Positions 50,571-64,000 of a DNA stretch of 64,000 nt are shown here, in pieces; the first letter of the stretch is position 1, and each line of letters starts with the position of its first letter. Both the position numbers and the translations under genes were made by a program. The DNA is from Camelus dromedarius (taxonomy: Eukaryota): positions 15,812,001 through 15,876,000 of the forward strand of contig NC_087437.1 of NCBI RefSeq assembly GCF_036321535.1, read 5' to 3'. The notes below the pieces were generated by a model, which was given only the letters and a program-made list of their open reading frames with translations, had not been told where the DNA came from and did not search any database.

Positions 50571-53500
50571 GTTACCTCCAAATTTCCAGGATCCCAGAGC
50601 AAGCATGCGCCCCAGGACTTTGTATATTTATGTATTTAGTGAGTACATGTGTGCTACTGTTCTAATATCTTCTGTGCATTTTTAATACATGCAATAAAAT
50701 AAAAATTATTAAAAATCAGATAAAGATGAAATACACAATATTTTAAAATGTATTGCTGTGATTAAAATGGCTTCTTAATCTCATTAGCTGGTACAGCCAG
50801 GCAAAATATACACTCAGGGAGAGGTTCATCATTCACGGTGGCGGATGTATATCCATATTTCAAATAGTCTTCTTGATTATTCGATGTTTTTGGCCAATTT
50901 CGTGTCAGACCTGATTAAACTATCGTGGCTTTCAGCGCTCTGTGTGGGTGACGAAGAGCTCTGAGTGGGGGTGGGGTGGGCGTCAACAACCTCAGGCTCA
51001 TGGGCTTCTCTTTGCTCGCGAGCAGCACTGGAATGGTTCAACTTGTGCGTTCTTTGCAAGAATCCTTTAAAGCCACTTGTTGCACTCTTTGTGAGGGTCA
51101 GTTTGGTGTAAACCAGGTCATATAACCTGTAAGTGCCCCTCGCCAGTGTGTCACCCTGAAAGTGACCAGAGTTAGGACACCCCAGTCACCCTTCTGCCTG
51201 CTCTCAGGACACTTCGGAGGCTGTACCTGACATGGGACTCTGACTACAGCCCAGGTAAGGGCATCGGGGTCTATCTGCATATTCAGTATGACTAAAGTTT
51301 AAATTTTTCTTATATCTTTTTTTTAATGTATTAAAAAAAGAAACAGAAATAGAAGTGTATTCACTCCACTTGGAGCTCCGGGCTGCTCTGTGCCTAGCTG
51401 GGGGTGAGCACATGCCTTGTGGGAGGTGGTTAGGGCAGCTGCGGCTCTGAGCAGCCTACTCAGGGCTCCAGCCTGGGCTCCTGCATCCCAGGTACCCTGC
51501 AGCTCATGGGTCTGGCTGTGGAGGTGGGTCCTACTGGGACTGGAAGAGCAAGGGTGGGTGCGGAGGGGAGGGGGCAGGGGAGGGGCTGGAACTTCTTGTC
51601 CCATCTCTCTGGCCTCTTGGACAGTCTGGCCAGGAGAGATGCCCCAGCTTGCCCCAGGGCCTGGTGTGTGTCATGCATGTGAATATTGGCATCTTCAGCA
51701 GCATCCCTTGTGATTAAAAATGAATTTGCCAGGGACCATTGCTACCCTTTCCGAGAATCCCCTTCTCAGATGGTCCTGGGGTCCCCCTCTCAGGGGCCTC
51801 CCACTCCAACTCATGGGCACTCCGTTCCCAGCCAGCCTGGGCTGCATGCATCTGTACCAGGTTTCTTTCTAAGGAGGAGGCTGATGAGGCTTCTGCAAAG
51901 GGAGGGGCCCGGGTACCCACTGAAGATGGGAATCAAATAATAGATGAACCAGGAAGAGTTGGCAGAGAAGGGATTTGTGGGGTTGTTTAAAAATGTCCGT
52001 GTTCTGAAACTGGTTATCATTCTGCTGCTGCTAATCCTTGGTCCTGATGAAGCCACAGGAGACGGATGGGCTCACACGTTAATGTTACTCCGGTGCTGAG
52101 CAGTTCCGCCGTGGCCCTGGCACAGCCAAATGTGCCTGCAAAGGAAAAGACTGGAGGATTGTGGGCCCTAATGAGTTGCCACTGGACCATTTTTGACTGA
52201 GTGCAGAGGCTCCTGCTCGGGGAGCCAGCACTGTTCTCCAGGAAGGGGCTGTCACCTGGGGCATTTTCAGGAGGATGTGTCTGCCCATCAGGGGACTGGC
52301 TGCAGCCGGAAGGAGCAGCAGCGACCTCCCAGCCCCAGCCCTGGAGAGGAAGCATCCCAGCTGGGAAGAGGGACCGCGGGCCTCCTGACCAATCAGGAGC
52401 CCTCCTGCCTGGCGCTTGCCTCCCCTGATTATCACTGCCTTCTGCGGAGGGCTTCTGCCCACTGAGTATTCATAGCGCGTCGCCTGTTTGGTTTTTCTCA
52501 GTTTAACTCCCACACTCATTTTGTGCCTGAATGAGTACAATGAAACCAGTGTAATTTGCTGTTAATTCTCTGTTCAAAATATGCTCTTCTGTTTAAGGGA
52601 CATGGTCGGTCCCTTTCATCTTTCTGAGACAGTTTGTGAAAGGAGGCTATTGCAGGGGTGGGGAGGGCGGGGTCTTCAGGAAGCTGGTGAGCATCACGGG
52701 TGAGACACCCCCCAGGGCCTGTCAGGAAGAGTGTCCCTGGTTGTGGGGCCTTTACACTTGCAGAGGGAGGGGTCTGTTTGCACTCTCCTTGCAGGGAGAA
52801 GTTCGTGGTTGGAGCTATACCTCCTGGCGGAGGGGCTATGGCAGAGAGACTTGAAGGTGCAAACTGATGCCAGCCTCTGTGGGTCCCCAGTGTGGAGTCA
52901 GGAAGTGAATTTGGGGACTGGTCACCATTGTGAGGTAGTCAGGGTAGACATTGGATGTAATTTAGGAAACACAAACTTCAAAAATTGCCTTAAACATCTA
53001 AATATAGTGTGTGCTCAAGCTTAAGCTGATCTGAAAGAGATTTATTCTTGACAAAAAGTTGCTCATTGTGATCAGCCATGCCCAGCCCTTCCACCTCCCT
53101 GCTTTAACCACGGCCTTTGCGGGGAGGGGGCTTTGCGCCTGGTGGTAGATACTTGATGTCCAGTTGTAGGGCTGCATTTTGAGACACAGATGAGCTCCCC
53201 AGGAGCTGGGGTCTGCGAAACGAATGCTGGGTCTGGGTAGGGGGTCAGCAGCTGTGATGTTTGGTCACCAGGCAGTCCCTCAGGCCACGTGGAGGTGGGT
53301 GGAGGTGACTAGGTTGGGGACGGGTGAGCCTGGTTCATCAGAAGGGTCCACCTCGTCCTCCCTTAACTGCAGAAAGGCCCCGCCCTTGGGAGGGTACCTA
53401 TGCAGATATGCTGGAAAGTTGCAGATGGAAGTTAAGAAGCCATGAGGGACCAGCTTCCTCTTTGGAACTATGGAAGGTGCTCCCCTTGGAGGGGCCTGGG

Positions 53501-54604
53501 AGCCTGTTTAGGAAGCCAGCATTTTTGATCTCTGAGAGTTCGCGCCATTGGTGGGCTTCCCAGACTGATGGTGCCCATGGCAGCTAGTGCCTGCCTCACC
53601 CTCCACACTGCCCTCCAGTTGCCCTCCGTGACATCTAACATTCCTGGGCTTTCCTGACTGCCCAGCCACTGATGATCAGGGTAAGAGGGCAAGGTTCTGC
53701 GTTGGGAAGCACACAAGCTTTATCCATCAGTTCAGCCCGTCTGGAGAGACAGCCTGCTGGGTCAGGATGCCTAGGTGGGTGCAAAGGGAAGGGAGCAACG
53801 TGGGGCGGGTGGCTTTACAGCGCCAGTCAGTGTGGCCTGGGTGAGGGGGGATGCTGTGCTGTGTACTGACTGGGGCACTGCCTGGGTGGGGAGCAGGGAG
53901 AGAGTTTCAGGGACCCAGAATGCGAGGAAGCAGGGATTCTTAGAGCAGATGTCGCCCTGTGGAGGGGAGGGTGGGATGAGCTGGGTTGGGCTGCGCTCAG
54001 GGGTAGCCCAGGCACGGGGCTGCTTCCCACCCTCTCCACTTCCTGCTGCCCCCTCTTGAAATGAGCACAGTTTGGGGGACTGGGGCAGGGATTCCCAGGA
54101 CTGAGCTGGTAATGAACCAAATCACAATCGAGGTGCTGCTGAGGGGCACTGTAGTTGTACCAAAGTGGAAGATTGTCGTTAAGCTCATTGTAAAGGATGT
54201 AAAGTGAAGATAAACAGTCTGTGCCTGTCCTTTTGCCTCCTTTTTCAATTAGGAAGTTTTCCTCCTCACTGGAGAAGGTGAGGCTGCTCGTGTTCATGGG
54301 GGAGGGGTCCTCACCAGGGATGCCTCCCCCCCAGATCTGGGCCCCCCTCGCGTCTGGCTTCACACCCAACTCCTAAGTGATGCGGGAGGAAGGCTGAAGA
54401 TGGTGAGGATGGTCCTGCCGGCCAACCCCAGTCTGGCCCTGCCGTGGCCACTCTCCTCTGTCCACTCACTGTCCCTCTCCTCGGCGGCCACAGCACATGT
54501 TCAGTGGCAGCTACTGAGGATTGTCATTGTCCCTGGAGCCCCACTTCTAAGTTCACCCCTTCACCCTCACTCCACAGGGTCTTGCAGTAACTGCTGGTTT
54601 AACT

Positions 54605-54689
54605 AACTTCCTGAACTGATTTGACCACACAACCTGTTTCTCCCTTGAAACATGCAATCTCTTTCCCCAGTTCCACAAATTACCGTTTG
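54605..54689. mobile_element. MER103C-like hAT remnant
   Basis: 'aactgatttgaccacacaacc' and TIR-like 'tttgggaaacactg'. Confidence 0.45.
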
Positions 54690-55229
54690 GGAAACACTGC
54701 TCCAACCTGTCCATCCTCTCATTTCTCTTCCCACCCAAATCCTTTGCATACTCCAAGCTGTGCCCCTCATCTGCCTCCTGCAGGAAGCCCTCCCTGACCA
54801 CCCCAGGCTCCCCTGCCCTCCCCCAAGCCCTGGCAGTCTGTACCTGTTGGTTCCAAGGATTCTTTTGGAGACTGTGGTGATGAGGGGCTTTTCTCAGGAC
54901 AGCCTCAAACCCCAGGGTCACGGCTTTCTATGAACCTAGCAACCACTTCCAGCTAACACTTCTTACCCCACTGCCCCAGCGCCCCTGAGCTCAGGACCTC
55001 CTGAGCCAAATAGCACCAGTCCAAAGCCTTTAAGCCAGCATCTCGGCCAGCTGACCACTCAGTCCTTCTCTCACTCTCAGGCCCAGGGGCTCCTGTCAGC
55101 CAGCACAGGGCCTCAGGTGGTCCTAGTTTCCAGGCGTATTTATAACATGCCTGGGGCTGAGGATGTAGGGTGGACAAGAAAGACCATGCCCCTGGGATCA
55201 TGGTGGGGATGGGACACGCCATTCCTGGT

Positions 55230-55700
55230 TGGATTAGCTTCCTAGGGCTACTGTAAACAAACAAACAAAACCCCCCAAAACTAGGGGCCTAAAACCACAG
55301 AAATTTATTCTCTCACCCTTCTGGAGACCAGAAGTCTGAAACCAGTGTGTCAACAGGGTGCTTCCTTCTGGAGGTTCTGGGGGAGGGAAGAAGCCATTCC
55401 ACGACCCTACTAGCTTCTGGTGGCCGCTGATAATGCTTGGCGCTCCTCAATGGCAGCTGCATTCATTCAGTCTGTGCGTCTGTTCCCACACGGCCGTCCC
55501 CTCTGTGCCTCTCTGTGTGTCACACCTCTCCCTCTTTTCTCTTACGAGAATACAGTCATTGGATTTAAGCCCCCCACCCTAAATCCAGGATGACTTCATC
55601 TTCAGATCCTTTATTGCATCTGCAAAGGCGGTCACCTTCACAGGTCCCGTGGGATCAGTCTTGGAGATGTCTTTTGGGGGACACAGCTCAGCCCACTCCA
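55230..55700. mobile_element. Complete MLT1 (B/C/D-like) MaLR solo LTR
   Basis: TG...CA termini with a perfect 5-bp TSD CTGGT (55225-55229, 55701-55705); 'cagaaatttattctctcac', 'ctaaatccaggatgacttcatct'. Confidence 0.9.
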
Positions 55701-56857
55701 CTGGTCTTGCTCCTCCTCACTGGGGTGGTTGGGGTCCCAGCTTGTTCACCCAGGAGCCGCAGCCATCCCTGCATTACAGCCTACATTCTTAGCCGGTCAC
55801 AGTAATACAAGTCAGGCTTGGAGAAGGCTCACCCTCGGTCTTGCCATCTCGCTGGCTGTTGTCTGACTTTATGGACCTACCAGTTTCGCCTTCACTGCGG
55901 GAGAGGCTTGGAGATACCATGGGAAATCGCCGGTCTCAGTGCTGGCTGGAGCTGCCTTTTACACTGGAGGCGCTGAGGAGTGACTTTGCTGACGCCAGCC
56001 GTCCCCTCCTTGTGAGGTCTGGCTGAACCTGGGCTGACTCTCAGTTAACGTTTCGGCAGGGTGATGACAGGGGCCTTGCTGTGCCCATTGTCCCCAGGCT
56101 GTGGGAGGCAGACAGTGCCCCACCATCCCCCTGTCATTCCTGGGCAGGCCTTGACCTGCTTGGATTGAGCATCTTTTTGTTGGTTTCCCTTCTGAAGCCC
56201 CCTTCGTCCATCGGCTTGCTTCTCTGCTCCAGCCGCCTAGTTTTGCTGTGTTGCCTTTTCTCCCATTTCCTTCATCTTACCTCTGATTGTGGTCCCATCA
56301 GAAAAGAGGGGACTTTTCCCAGAGCCCAGGGCCCTCCTGTGGTAACATATTTCCATTATGTGCCAAGCCCACAGACTCCCAGCTGATAAACACACTAATC
56401 CTCCACATTCCTCTGCAGATTCGTTAGCGGTGAATGAGGCTTCTGCTCCCCATGTTTCCCCTGTTGACCTTCAGATCCTCTAGGAAGAACTCAATTCCCT
56501 CCCGAGGCAGGTAGAAAGCAGTTAGCGCAAGAGGACATAATCACAGGCCAGAACTGGGCCATCACCTTCCATAGGCGCACTTTGCTAACATTACCCGTGA
56601 GTATGAACCTTGTTTAATTTTGCTTCCATTCACAAAATATTCCCAGGGTCCCAGCTGGTGTCTGTCTGGTGTTCTGAAGGTCACACAGGCTTCTGTGGAA
56701 GTTTGTAGGTATGCTGATGGCTGGAAGGATATGTTATTATTGTACGCTAAAATTATGAATTAGTTGATCAGAATTTACAAGAAAAAAATTAAGTATCACG
56801 GAACAAATTTTGTCAGCACATTTATCCACGCCAGGGCCCATCCATCCCTGCTTAGAA

Positions 56858-57010
56858 TAGGGATGGGCAAGCAGTAGCCTAGCCTGCAGCTTATTTTCAG
56901 GCTGCAATAGCAATGGCAGAGTTGAATAGCTGCGACAGAGATCTTATAGCCCACAAAGCCTAAAATAGCTACCATCTGGACCTTAGCAGAAAGTTTGCCA
57001 GCTGCCAGTG
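56858..57010. mobile_element. MER58A-like hAT element with internal deletion
   Basis: 'caatggcagagttgaatagctgcgacagaga...gcccacaaagcctaaaata...gcagaaagtttgcc'. Confidence 0.7.
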
Positions 57011-57339
57011 CTATGCAGTGCACATCCCAGCAGCCCAGCTCCTGAGAGCCAGTGGTAAACTAAGGCCACCTGGGAGGGGGTGCTTCTGGGCTGGGCTGGA
57101 GGACTTCACTTAGAGTTGTGTTTCTCCCCAGCCAAGATGATGTACCACCTAACGGGTCAAGCCAAAACCTGTTTGATGGATGGTGTTATGTCCAGTTTGT
57201 GTAGTAAGGTCTCAAGCTGGGGCTTGGAGAGTTTGTGTAGAGCTAATGCTTATCTCGTAATGGTCTTCTGAAATGTGGTAATGTCTGAAATATGAAATAA
57301 AATGAAATAAGCATGTATAGACTCAAAGGCTAGACAAGG

Positions 57340-57946
57340 ACTATTTGTAAAAAGCATAGTTAGACACTCCCCAAAATGAAATAGTTAGGTATAAAGCTAA
57401 CAAAATATGTGTAAGATCTATAGAAGGGAAATTTTAAAACTCTGATGAATGAAATCAGAGAAGAACTAAATAAATGGAGAGATGTCCCATGTTCATGGAT
57501 AGGAAAACTCAATACTGCCATGATGTCAGTTCTTCCCAATGTGATCATAGATTCATTGCAGCCCCAATCAAATTCCCAGCAAGTATTTCGTGAATATTGA
57601 CAAACTGATTTTAAAACTTATATGGAGAGGCAAAAGACCTGGGATAACCCACACAGAATTGAAGGAGAAGGGCAAAATTAGAGGATTGACTACCCAAGTT
57701 CGAGACTTACTATACAGCTACAGCAATCAAGACAGAGTGGTATTGACAAAAGGAGGAGACAAATAGATCAGTGGAACAGAACAGAGAGCCCTGAAGGAGA
57801 CCCACATAGTCAACTAATCTTTGACAGAGGAGCAAAGGTAATTCAATGGAGCAAATACAGTCTCTTCAACAAAGGGTGCTTGACCACCTGGACATCTGCA
57901 TGCAAAAAAAACCGAATCTAGACCAAGACCTACATCCTTCATAAAA
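57340..57946 (+). mobile_element. Eutherian L1M ORF2 fragment (post-RT region)
   Basis: Translates [43 protein letters not shown], matching mammalian L1 KYLGI...KWKNIPCSWIGRIN. Stops and frameshifts are present. A weaker upstream piece may lie at about 56700-56820. Confidence 0.9.
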
Positions 57947-59519
57947 AGTGTAATTATTTTCACCAACTATTTAGAAATAAAAATAAATAATATCGATGTG
58001 TGATTATTATGGGCTAGGTACAATAATAGACACTCTACAAATAGCATTTTATTTGATCTCTGTATTTCCTTGAGAAGCAGGCATATTGCATCGATTAAAA
58101 CCCACGTCTTGTGAGTTCCACTCCAGCGCCTTCTGAACTGCAGCATGGCTGGCTAGGCAGGGAGGGGTCCTCTGAAGGAGGCAGGTGTGTGTTTTCCTCT
58201 GCTGGTAATTAAAACCTGGCATCATTTTTCTAAAGGAAGGGTTGGCAGGCCCAAGGAGCTTAGTGAGACATAAAGAAAACACGGCTCATTGTCTCTGGCC
58301 ATTCCCAAATTTAACACTGAGTTTTGATTCTTGTAGAGTGAAGTTCCACGTCATCTTGCTGAGATGTGAACTTGAATCCTAGCTCCAAGGGACCTGCCTC
58401 TTGGGACACAGTTGCTTTGCTCTTTGCCATTTATCATCATTGTATTACGTCCATTAGAATCATTCTTACAAAGTGAGGAAAAGGGGCCCCTCTCCTTCCC
58501 AAGAAAGCCAGCTAGTAGTACTGGTGATGGAATGGTGATGTAAATCAAAATAAGGAGAAGAGAATAGACATCTTATAAGAAAGAGTGTACCCTTGGTGGC
58601 ATTACTCAATTTAAAAATTAATAGAAGTCTTAGAACAGATTCACATTTCACCAGTTGAGTCTTCTTGGGAAGCCAGAAATAATTGTCCACGCCTATCCTT
58701 ACCTCCCAGGAGCTGTCCCCTCCTGCGTGCCGGAACTTGACCTCCCTCTGCAGGTATCCAGCGTGCCGCTGCCCTTAAGTTCGGGGTCTCCGAGTACAGA
58801 GTGAGGGACCAGTGTGCTCCAGACAAGCTTCTTCCCATGAGATGCTGCAGCCTGGTCACCACGCTAGGGTCTCACTCCCTCTTATTCGGTCACTGATCCG
58901 TTCGTCCACCCTCGCAGCAAACATGTATGAGCCTGGCTGTGTCTGTCCTCCAGGGCACATTTCTCACCCTTAGAAAGCCTGTGAACTGCATAGCTCATCT
59001 CCCCTCTTGCAAGCTCTTGTCTCTCAGAACCTAGGCAAAGGATGCGAGGCCTTCTGTATACGCATCTAGAGGCCCCAGTGTGCCAGGAATGGAGGTGCCA
59101 ATATTCCCAGTGACTGTGCGAGGTTAGGGGGGACCATGCCAGGCCTCCGGGACTTTGCAGCTCTGTTAGCTCCCACCCTGCCCATGGGCTCTCCCAGGGC
59201 CCAGGGCTCCAGCCTTGCTGCTCAGGGCTCCCGCATGCCCCCACAGTGTAGTGTCCCATGCGGGCAGCATGCAGGGAAGGGTTTGTTCTCTGTGCTTGTC
59301 ACTCTGCACAGAGGGAAGCGGGGCTTTTGTGAATTCTCAAGTGAATCCTCTGGCCCATTGTCTGGGCCCAGCTCTCCACAGCCCTCCACCAGCACTGTGA
59401 AGACAGGGGCGGGGCTGGGAACACCGGATGTATTCCCAGCCAGAGCTGAAAACACTATTCATCCCAGAAACCCCCTATTAAACCACAACAACAGCTCAAA
59501 GAGGGAGGAGGGAACAGAG

Positions 59520-59610
59520 AGTGTGGAGGGGAGGTGGGGGCAGAGGGAGAAGGCCTGAGGGGTGAAGAAGGAGGCGGGGGGGGGGGGGGAGGGGTGGGGG
59601 CAGGAGGAGG
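59520..59610 (+). other. G-rich tract with G-quadruplex potential
   Basis: G14 run at 59576-59589 followed by GGGG and GGGGG, with further G-runs upstream. Confidence 0.6.
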
Positions 59611-62600
59611 AAGAGATTTGCAAGGGGAGCTGGCAATGGATTCGGAGCTCTGAGGAGCCTCGTTCCTCCTAGGGAGGCCCTGGTGTGCCTGGTGGGGCTC
59701 CTAAGGAGAGCAGTAGGATGTGCCCACCCGGGCGGTGACAGCCCTCTTCCCTCTCCTGTGAGGCTCAGACCACAGGCAGCACGTGCGCTCAGCAGGCGCT
59801 GCCCCATCAGAGGCAGTGCGGGCCGGAAGGAGAGCAGATGGAACCTGGAATGTGGGACTAGGGGAGAGAGAGCTCAGAGGTCCTACTCCTCATAATCCTA
59901 AGGGCAGCTGTGGAGAAAGGGGAGCAGCTCTTTCTGTGGGGACCCTTTCAGAGGCAAAGCAGGGCCAAAGAAAGGAAATCCTAGGGGCCAGGATTCTGAT
60001 GGTTTGGACAATCTGACCAGAAAATGGCCAGTCTGGACAGGTAGTGAGTGTCTCATCTGGGGTGGTATGCAAGCAGAGATTGAATGACCAGCTGGTGAGG
60101 GTGCTGGATCAGAGGCTGCAGCTTGGGGAGGAGGACCTTGGTTTTTACTCCTTGAGAGGTTCTGACTTGAGAGCAGCGCCCAAATGGAGGTGGGGCCTTT
60201 GGATAGGAGGAACGCGAAGTGAGTGGGCAGATTGAGTCGAGACTGGTCATCAGGTCCAAGCTGGAGGGTGAGAACAGTGCTCCAGATCCTGAACCACTGA
60301 ACTGAGACTATTTTCAGTTCAAAAGGAGACATGCAGGTGTCCTGGAAGCCTGGTTTTCTGGCCAGAAAACCGTAGTGGAGAGCCTTGGGGCTGTAGCTCC
60401 TCAAGGAAACGTTTGCCCCACCCCCACAGGGAGCAAACAAGGGCAAGTCCGCAAATGACCCTCCCAAGAGCATCTATCCCTGAAGAGGAGGAGGTGATTT
60501 CCAGGTGCCCGCCTGCCCATGGTTGGGAGACCTGAAGCGGTCCTTCTGCTTCCTCTCAGACAAGAGCCTCGGTCCTAGAGTGATCGGTCCCATCCCATCG
60601 CTGTTCCACCAAAGAAGGCTGGGCGGAAAGGGTCCAGGCTCGGACCACATGCTGAGGGCAGAGCCAGGCCTAGCTCCCAGGTCAGCTGTCTCCTGGTACG
60701 TTTTCCCCGACAAACTGATGTGTATGTAAATGGCCTTCCTTCTCCACGTCTCACTTTACCTGCTTGTTAAGTGGGGACAATTCCCTAACATGTCCCCTCT
60801 GTCACCAAGAGTGCTGCCCTCAGGGCTGGGTGTGCCTCTGGGTTGTACAGTGGCATTTATCCGGTCCCTGAAGCTGTGAGGCCAAAGCCTGACAGCTCTG
60901 GGAGGGGACAGTTCCTGCCCTGCGAGATTAGGCCAGACTTCCCCTTGCCTCCCTTTCTGCTGCAGAGGGCAGGTCGGGCACTCACAGCCAGAGCGGGAGG
61001 GGAGCAGGACTCTGCGGCCCCTAGGCCTGCTTGCCCCAGCTGTGGACACCCAGCAGGACCCCTCTAAGGCTAATGGGGCGGGGCGGCTGCACTTGGAGCT
61101 TCAGGTCCCTCTGGAGACATTTCTGCACAAAGGCCTGCACGGCAGGAGTTCGTAAGGCTCGGGGAGGACACAAGTGGGGTCTCAGGAAACGCGGGATGCC
61201 GGGAGCAGTCAATGCTATTGATTGGGAAACACAAATAGAAGTCTTCCGAGGGCGCTCTCCAGATGTCTTGGCGATGATAGAGCGGTCTTAGGAGCGTGAG
61301 TGACAGGCAGGCCAGGACAGGCTTTCCCGGACAAGGAGGAAGAATGGCAAAAGGTCCATTCCCATGGGCAGGAGACACCCGTGGAGTTACAGGGGCAGCA
61401 CTGGAGGGGCCGAAGACATCACCCTACTGTCCACCACAGCTGCTCAGCTGGACGAGGCTGTGAACTATGAGCTCGCAGACAGGAGTGAGCCGTTCCCTGC
61501 AGGCTCCTCCCACGGGGTCTGCTCTTGGTGGTCCACTGCTGCCATCACCACCATACAGCTGACAGTTGTCGTGTTGGTAGAGTCAGGCAGGATCAGAGCC
61601 CAGGATGGACAGGCCATCACAAGCAGTTCAAAATCAGTCCCACAAGAGCACGGGAAGTGATGAAAGGCAGAGAGTGATTGAGGCTACACTGAGGCTGACT
61701 CTGTACCAAGGTGAGAGATGGGACAGACTGGGTGGCTTAAATCATCAGGGTGGCCTCCTAGAGGAAGAGTGACTGGGCCTCCACCTTGCAGCCTTCAGCC
61801 TTTGAACCCCAGGCCTGATTCACATAGCAGATCTGGGTACATCTGCTGATTCCCCATCCATGGCCACATGCGAGGCACAGAGGGCCCGTGGAGGAGAGTG
61901 ATGTCACTCATAGTGCCTATAAGACACTGGGCATGAAGCCGCCAGAGAGCAGCCCAGAATGCAGGCTCTACAGAGCTGGGGTGCCAGCCAAGGGTGGTCT
62001 GTATTCTCAGGGGCAGGAGGAGAGCAATGGCGGGGTGGTCAGGCAGGCTTCCTAGAGGAGACGAGAGGGACTGTGGCTGCGCCTTAGAGAGCCAGAGGGA
62101 CTTGGTGGGGTGGAGAGTCAGGTGTGATGAGGACAGATTCTATCTGGGGGACCCAGGTGGTGAGTCTGACAGTCCGCAGCAAGCCAGCCTTGCTTTCCGG
62201 AGAGAGAAGGGTGAAGCCTGTGCGTGGAGGTGGGCTGGGCCTGAAGGCTGGATGCCAGGAGGGCAGTGTCATGGGGCAGGAGCAGCCTTGGCAGGTGTGG
62301 CCATGTGGAGGGTCAAGGACACTTGAAAGAGGATGTCGGTGCACCTGGTAGGAGGTGTGTGCCTGGCAGGAGGTGCACTGTGGAGCAGCCCCGAGGGGTC
62401 GCATCAGCTCCAGTGGCCCCTCGGGACTTAGCAGCCCCAGTCTGGTCCAGGATGTATCCAGGAGAATGCCAGGCCTGCCTGCCAGCCCCCACACCTTCCT
62501 TCCTTGATGGGTTGCCCCACACCTGGCGTATCTCCCAAGCCCCTGCCACAGCCCTCCCTCTGGGGGCCCCTGGCTCTCTGGCTGCTGCCAGTACATGCAG

Positions 62601-64000
62601 GGGCCCTAGGGGCATGGCCCAGTGCCAGTGACATCTGAGAGTTACTGTGCCACAGATCAATCCGGGATGAGGGCGCAGGAGGGCTGCAAGAGAGAGGCGG
62701 ACGGCAGCATGTTCCTTCTGATTAACGAGCCTGGGCCGCCATCCGTCGTCGGCCTTCATTAGGCTGCAGAGTCATTTTGCATGGGCGTGCGGCCTCTCCT
62801 CCCCACTCTTCTCTAGTGATTGATACCCCCCGGGTACCTGCATCCCTCAGAAAGAGAGAGGCCCTCTCTCCTCGCACCCGTGAGGAGCGGAGGCAGTGGA
62901 CTTCTGGCCGTGATTCTTACCTGTGTGCCATCGCCCCAACGCACGGGTCTGTCAGGGTGGCCAGGGCAAACAGACTTAATCTCCCTTTGAATTCATGGTG
63001 CTGGGAGCCTGGAAAATGCCAGGCTCTTCAATTTAAATGAGTCTTTGACTCTCCCCACAAAAATGCAAATAGGTGAAGCACCAAGTGTTGGGCTTCTGGC
63101 CAGACCTGCCCCATCCGCGTGCTGGGGCGTTGATTTAAAGGATGTCCCTGAACCACTGCGTTCCTGGGTGGTTCTCTTTTTTTCTCCTTGTTGCCAGATG
63201 GTGCCCGTGTTGCTGTTGGAAAGGAAGCTGGGAGGAGGTGAGGGCTTGGGCAGAAGCTCTGTTGAAGGTCTGGTTAAAGGGCCTCCTGATGCCTGAGGCC
63301 TGGGCGTGGCTGGGGCTGCCGGCCATCATGCCTGAGCTGGACGGCAGCCTCGGAAGCCCACCTTGCCTGTATCTACCATCAGGATCTGGCCTCTGATGTT
63401 TGATGTTTGATGCTGCGGAGGACTGGAGATCTCCAGCCAGGATTGGTGAGACCCACTTTTCTTCTTGGTTCTCTGGCTGTGGCATATTTGCAGACATTGG
63501 AGGGGTGCACGTGGATGTGAAAGGGTGTCTGGCCATCTTGAAGGTTGAGGGAAGACATACCAGAATGAGAACAAGAACTGACATCAAAGGAAAAGAAGAC
63601 AGCAGAAGGAAGACTGACTGGCATTTTATACCTAAGACGGAAGGCTTTCAGGCTCCCCTTTTCCTTGCTCCTGTGTTCAGTCTCACTCCCTCGGGGCTTC
63701 TCCTTTGTTGGAGAGCAACTACCAGTTTTTGTGCCCCTGGCCCCTTCTCCATCAAGGAGCCACAAGGAGGCGGGGAGCTGAGTGCAGGGGTGTGGAGGGT
63801 GGGCAGGGGTGCACGGAGGGTCCTGGGCACCAGCCCTGCCTGAGAACAGTCTCCTGAGGGCAGGGCTCAGTGCTGAGCCTCCACTTCCAGGTGGACAAGC
63901 GCATGATTGAATCCTTTCACTATGACAGTGAACCCGTCAGGCCTGGTGCATCAGGGCGATGGGGAGCATCTGGGAGGTAACAGGACAGGCACTGGGTCAC

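Noticed and set aside
50620..51370. AT-rich blocks resembling DNA transposon interiors
   Set aside because: No TIRs or family could be identified with confidence.
63135..63843. 128-150 aa ORFs on both strands
   Set aside because: Mutually overlapping, with no known protein similarity apparent.
1..64000. CRISPR array, operon or prokaryotic defence system
   Set aside because: The sequence is mammalian; no regularly spaced direct repeats or gene-dense coding structure were seen.

Overview
Mammalian nuclear DNA, moderately GC-rich, with no protein-coding exon, functional RNA gene or CRISPR array that I can recognise. It reads as intronic or intergenic sequence, and the supplied ORFs look like chance frames. 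A tRNA-Ala(AGC)-derived SINE of the camelid Vic-1 type at 48.8 kb, cetartiodactyl-style L1 3' ends, and the apparent absence of Alu, Bov-tA/BovB, PRE-1 or CAN-SINE point to a camelid (inference). The window is full of decayed repeats: MIR, L2, L1M, MLT1 LTRs, an ERV1-type solo LTR with target-site duplication (TSD), hAT MERs, MADE2 and microsatellites. AT-rich, homeodomain-motif-rich patches between them are enhancer candidates. The most unusual signal is an L1-clade ORF2 fossil on the + strand, clear at 32.5-33.4 kb and probably continuing to about 35.1 kb. Its residual translation resembles fish/amphibian/reptile-type L1s more than eutherian L1M, it keeps one frame over about 530 nt despite stops, and it appears to be interrupted by a MIR. 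All family names and alignments are by eye from remembered consensus sequences; no searches were run, and repeat boundaries are approximate.
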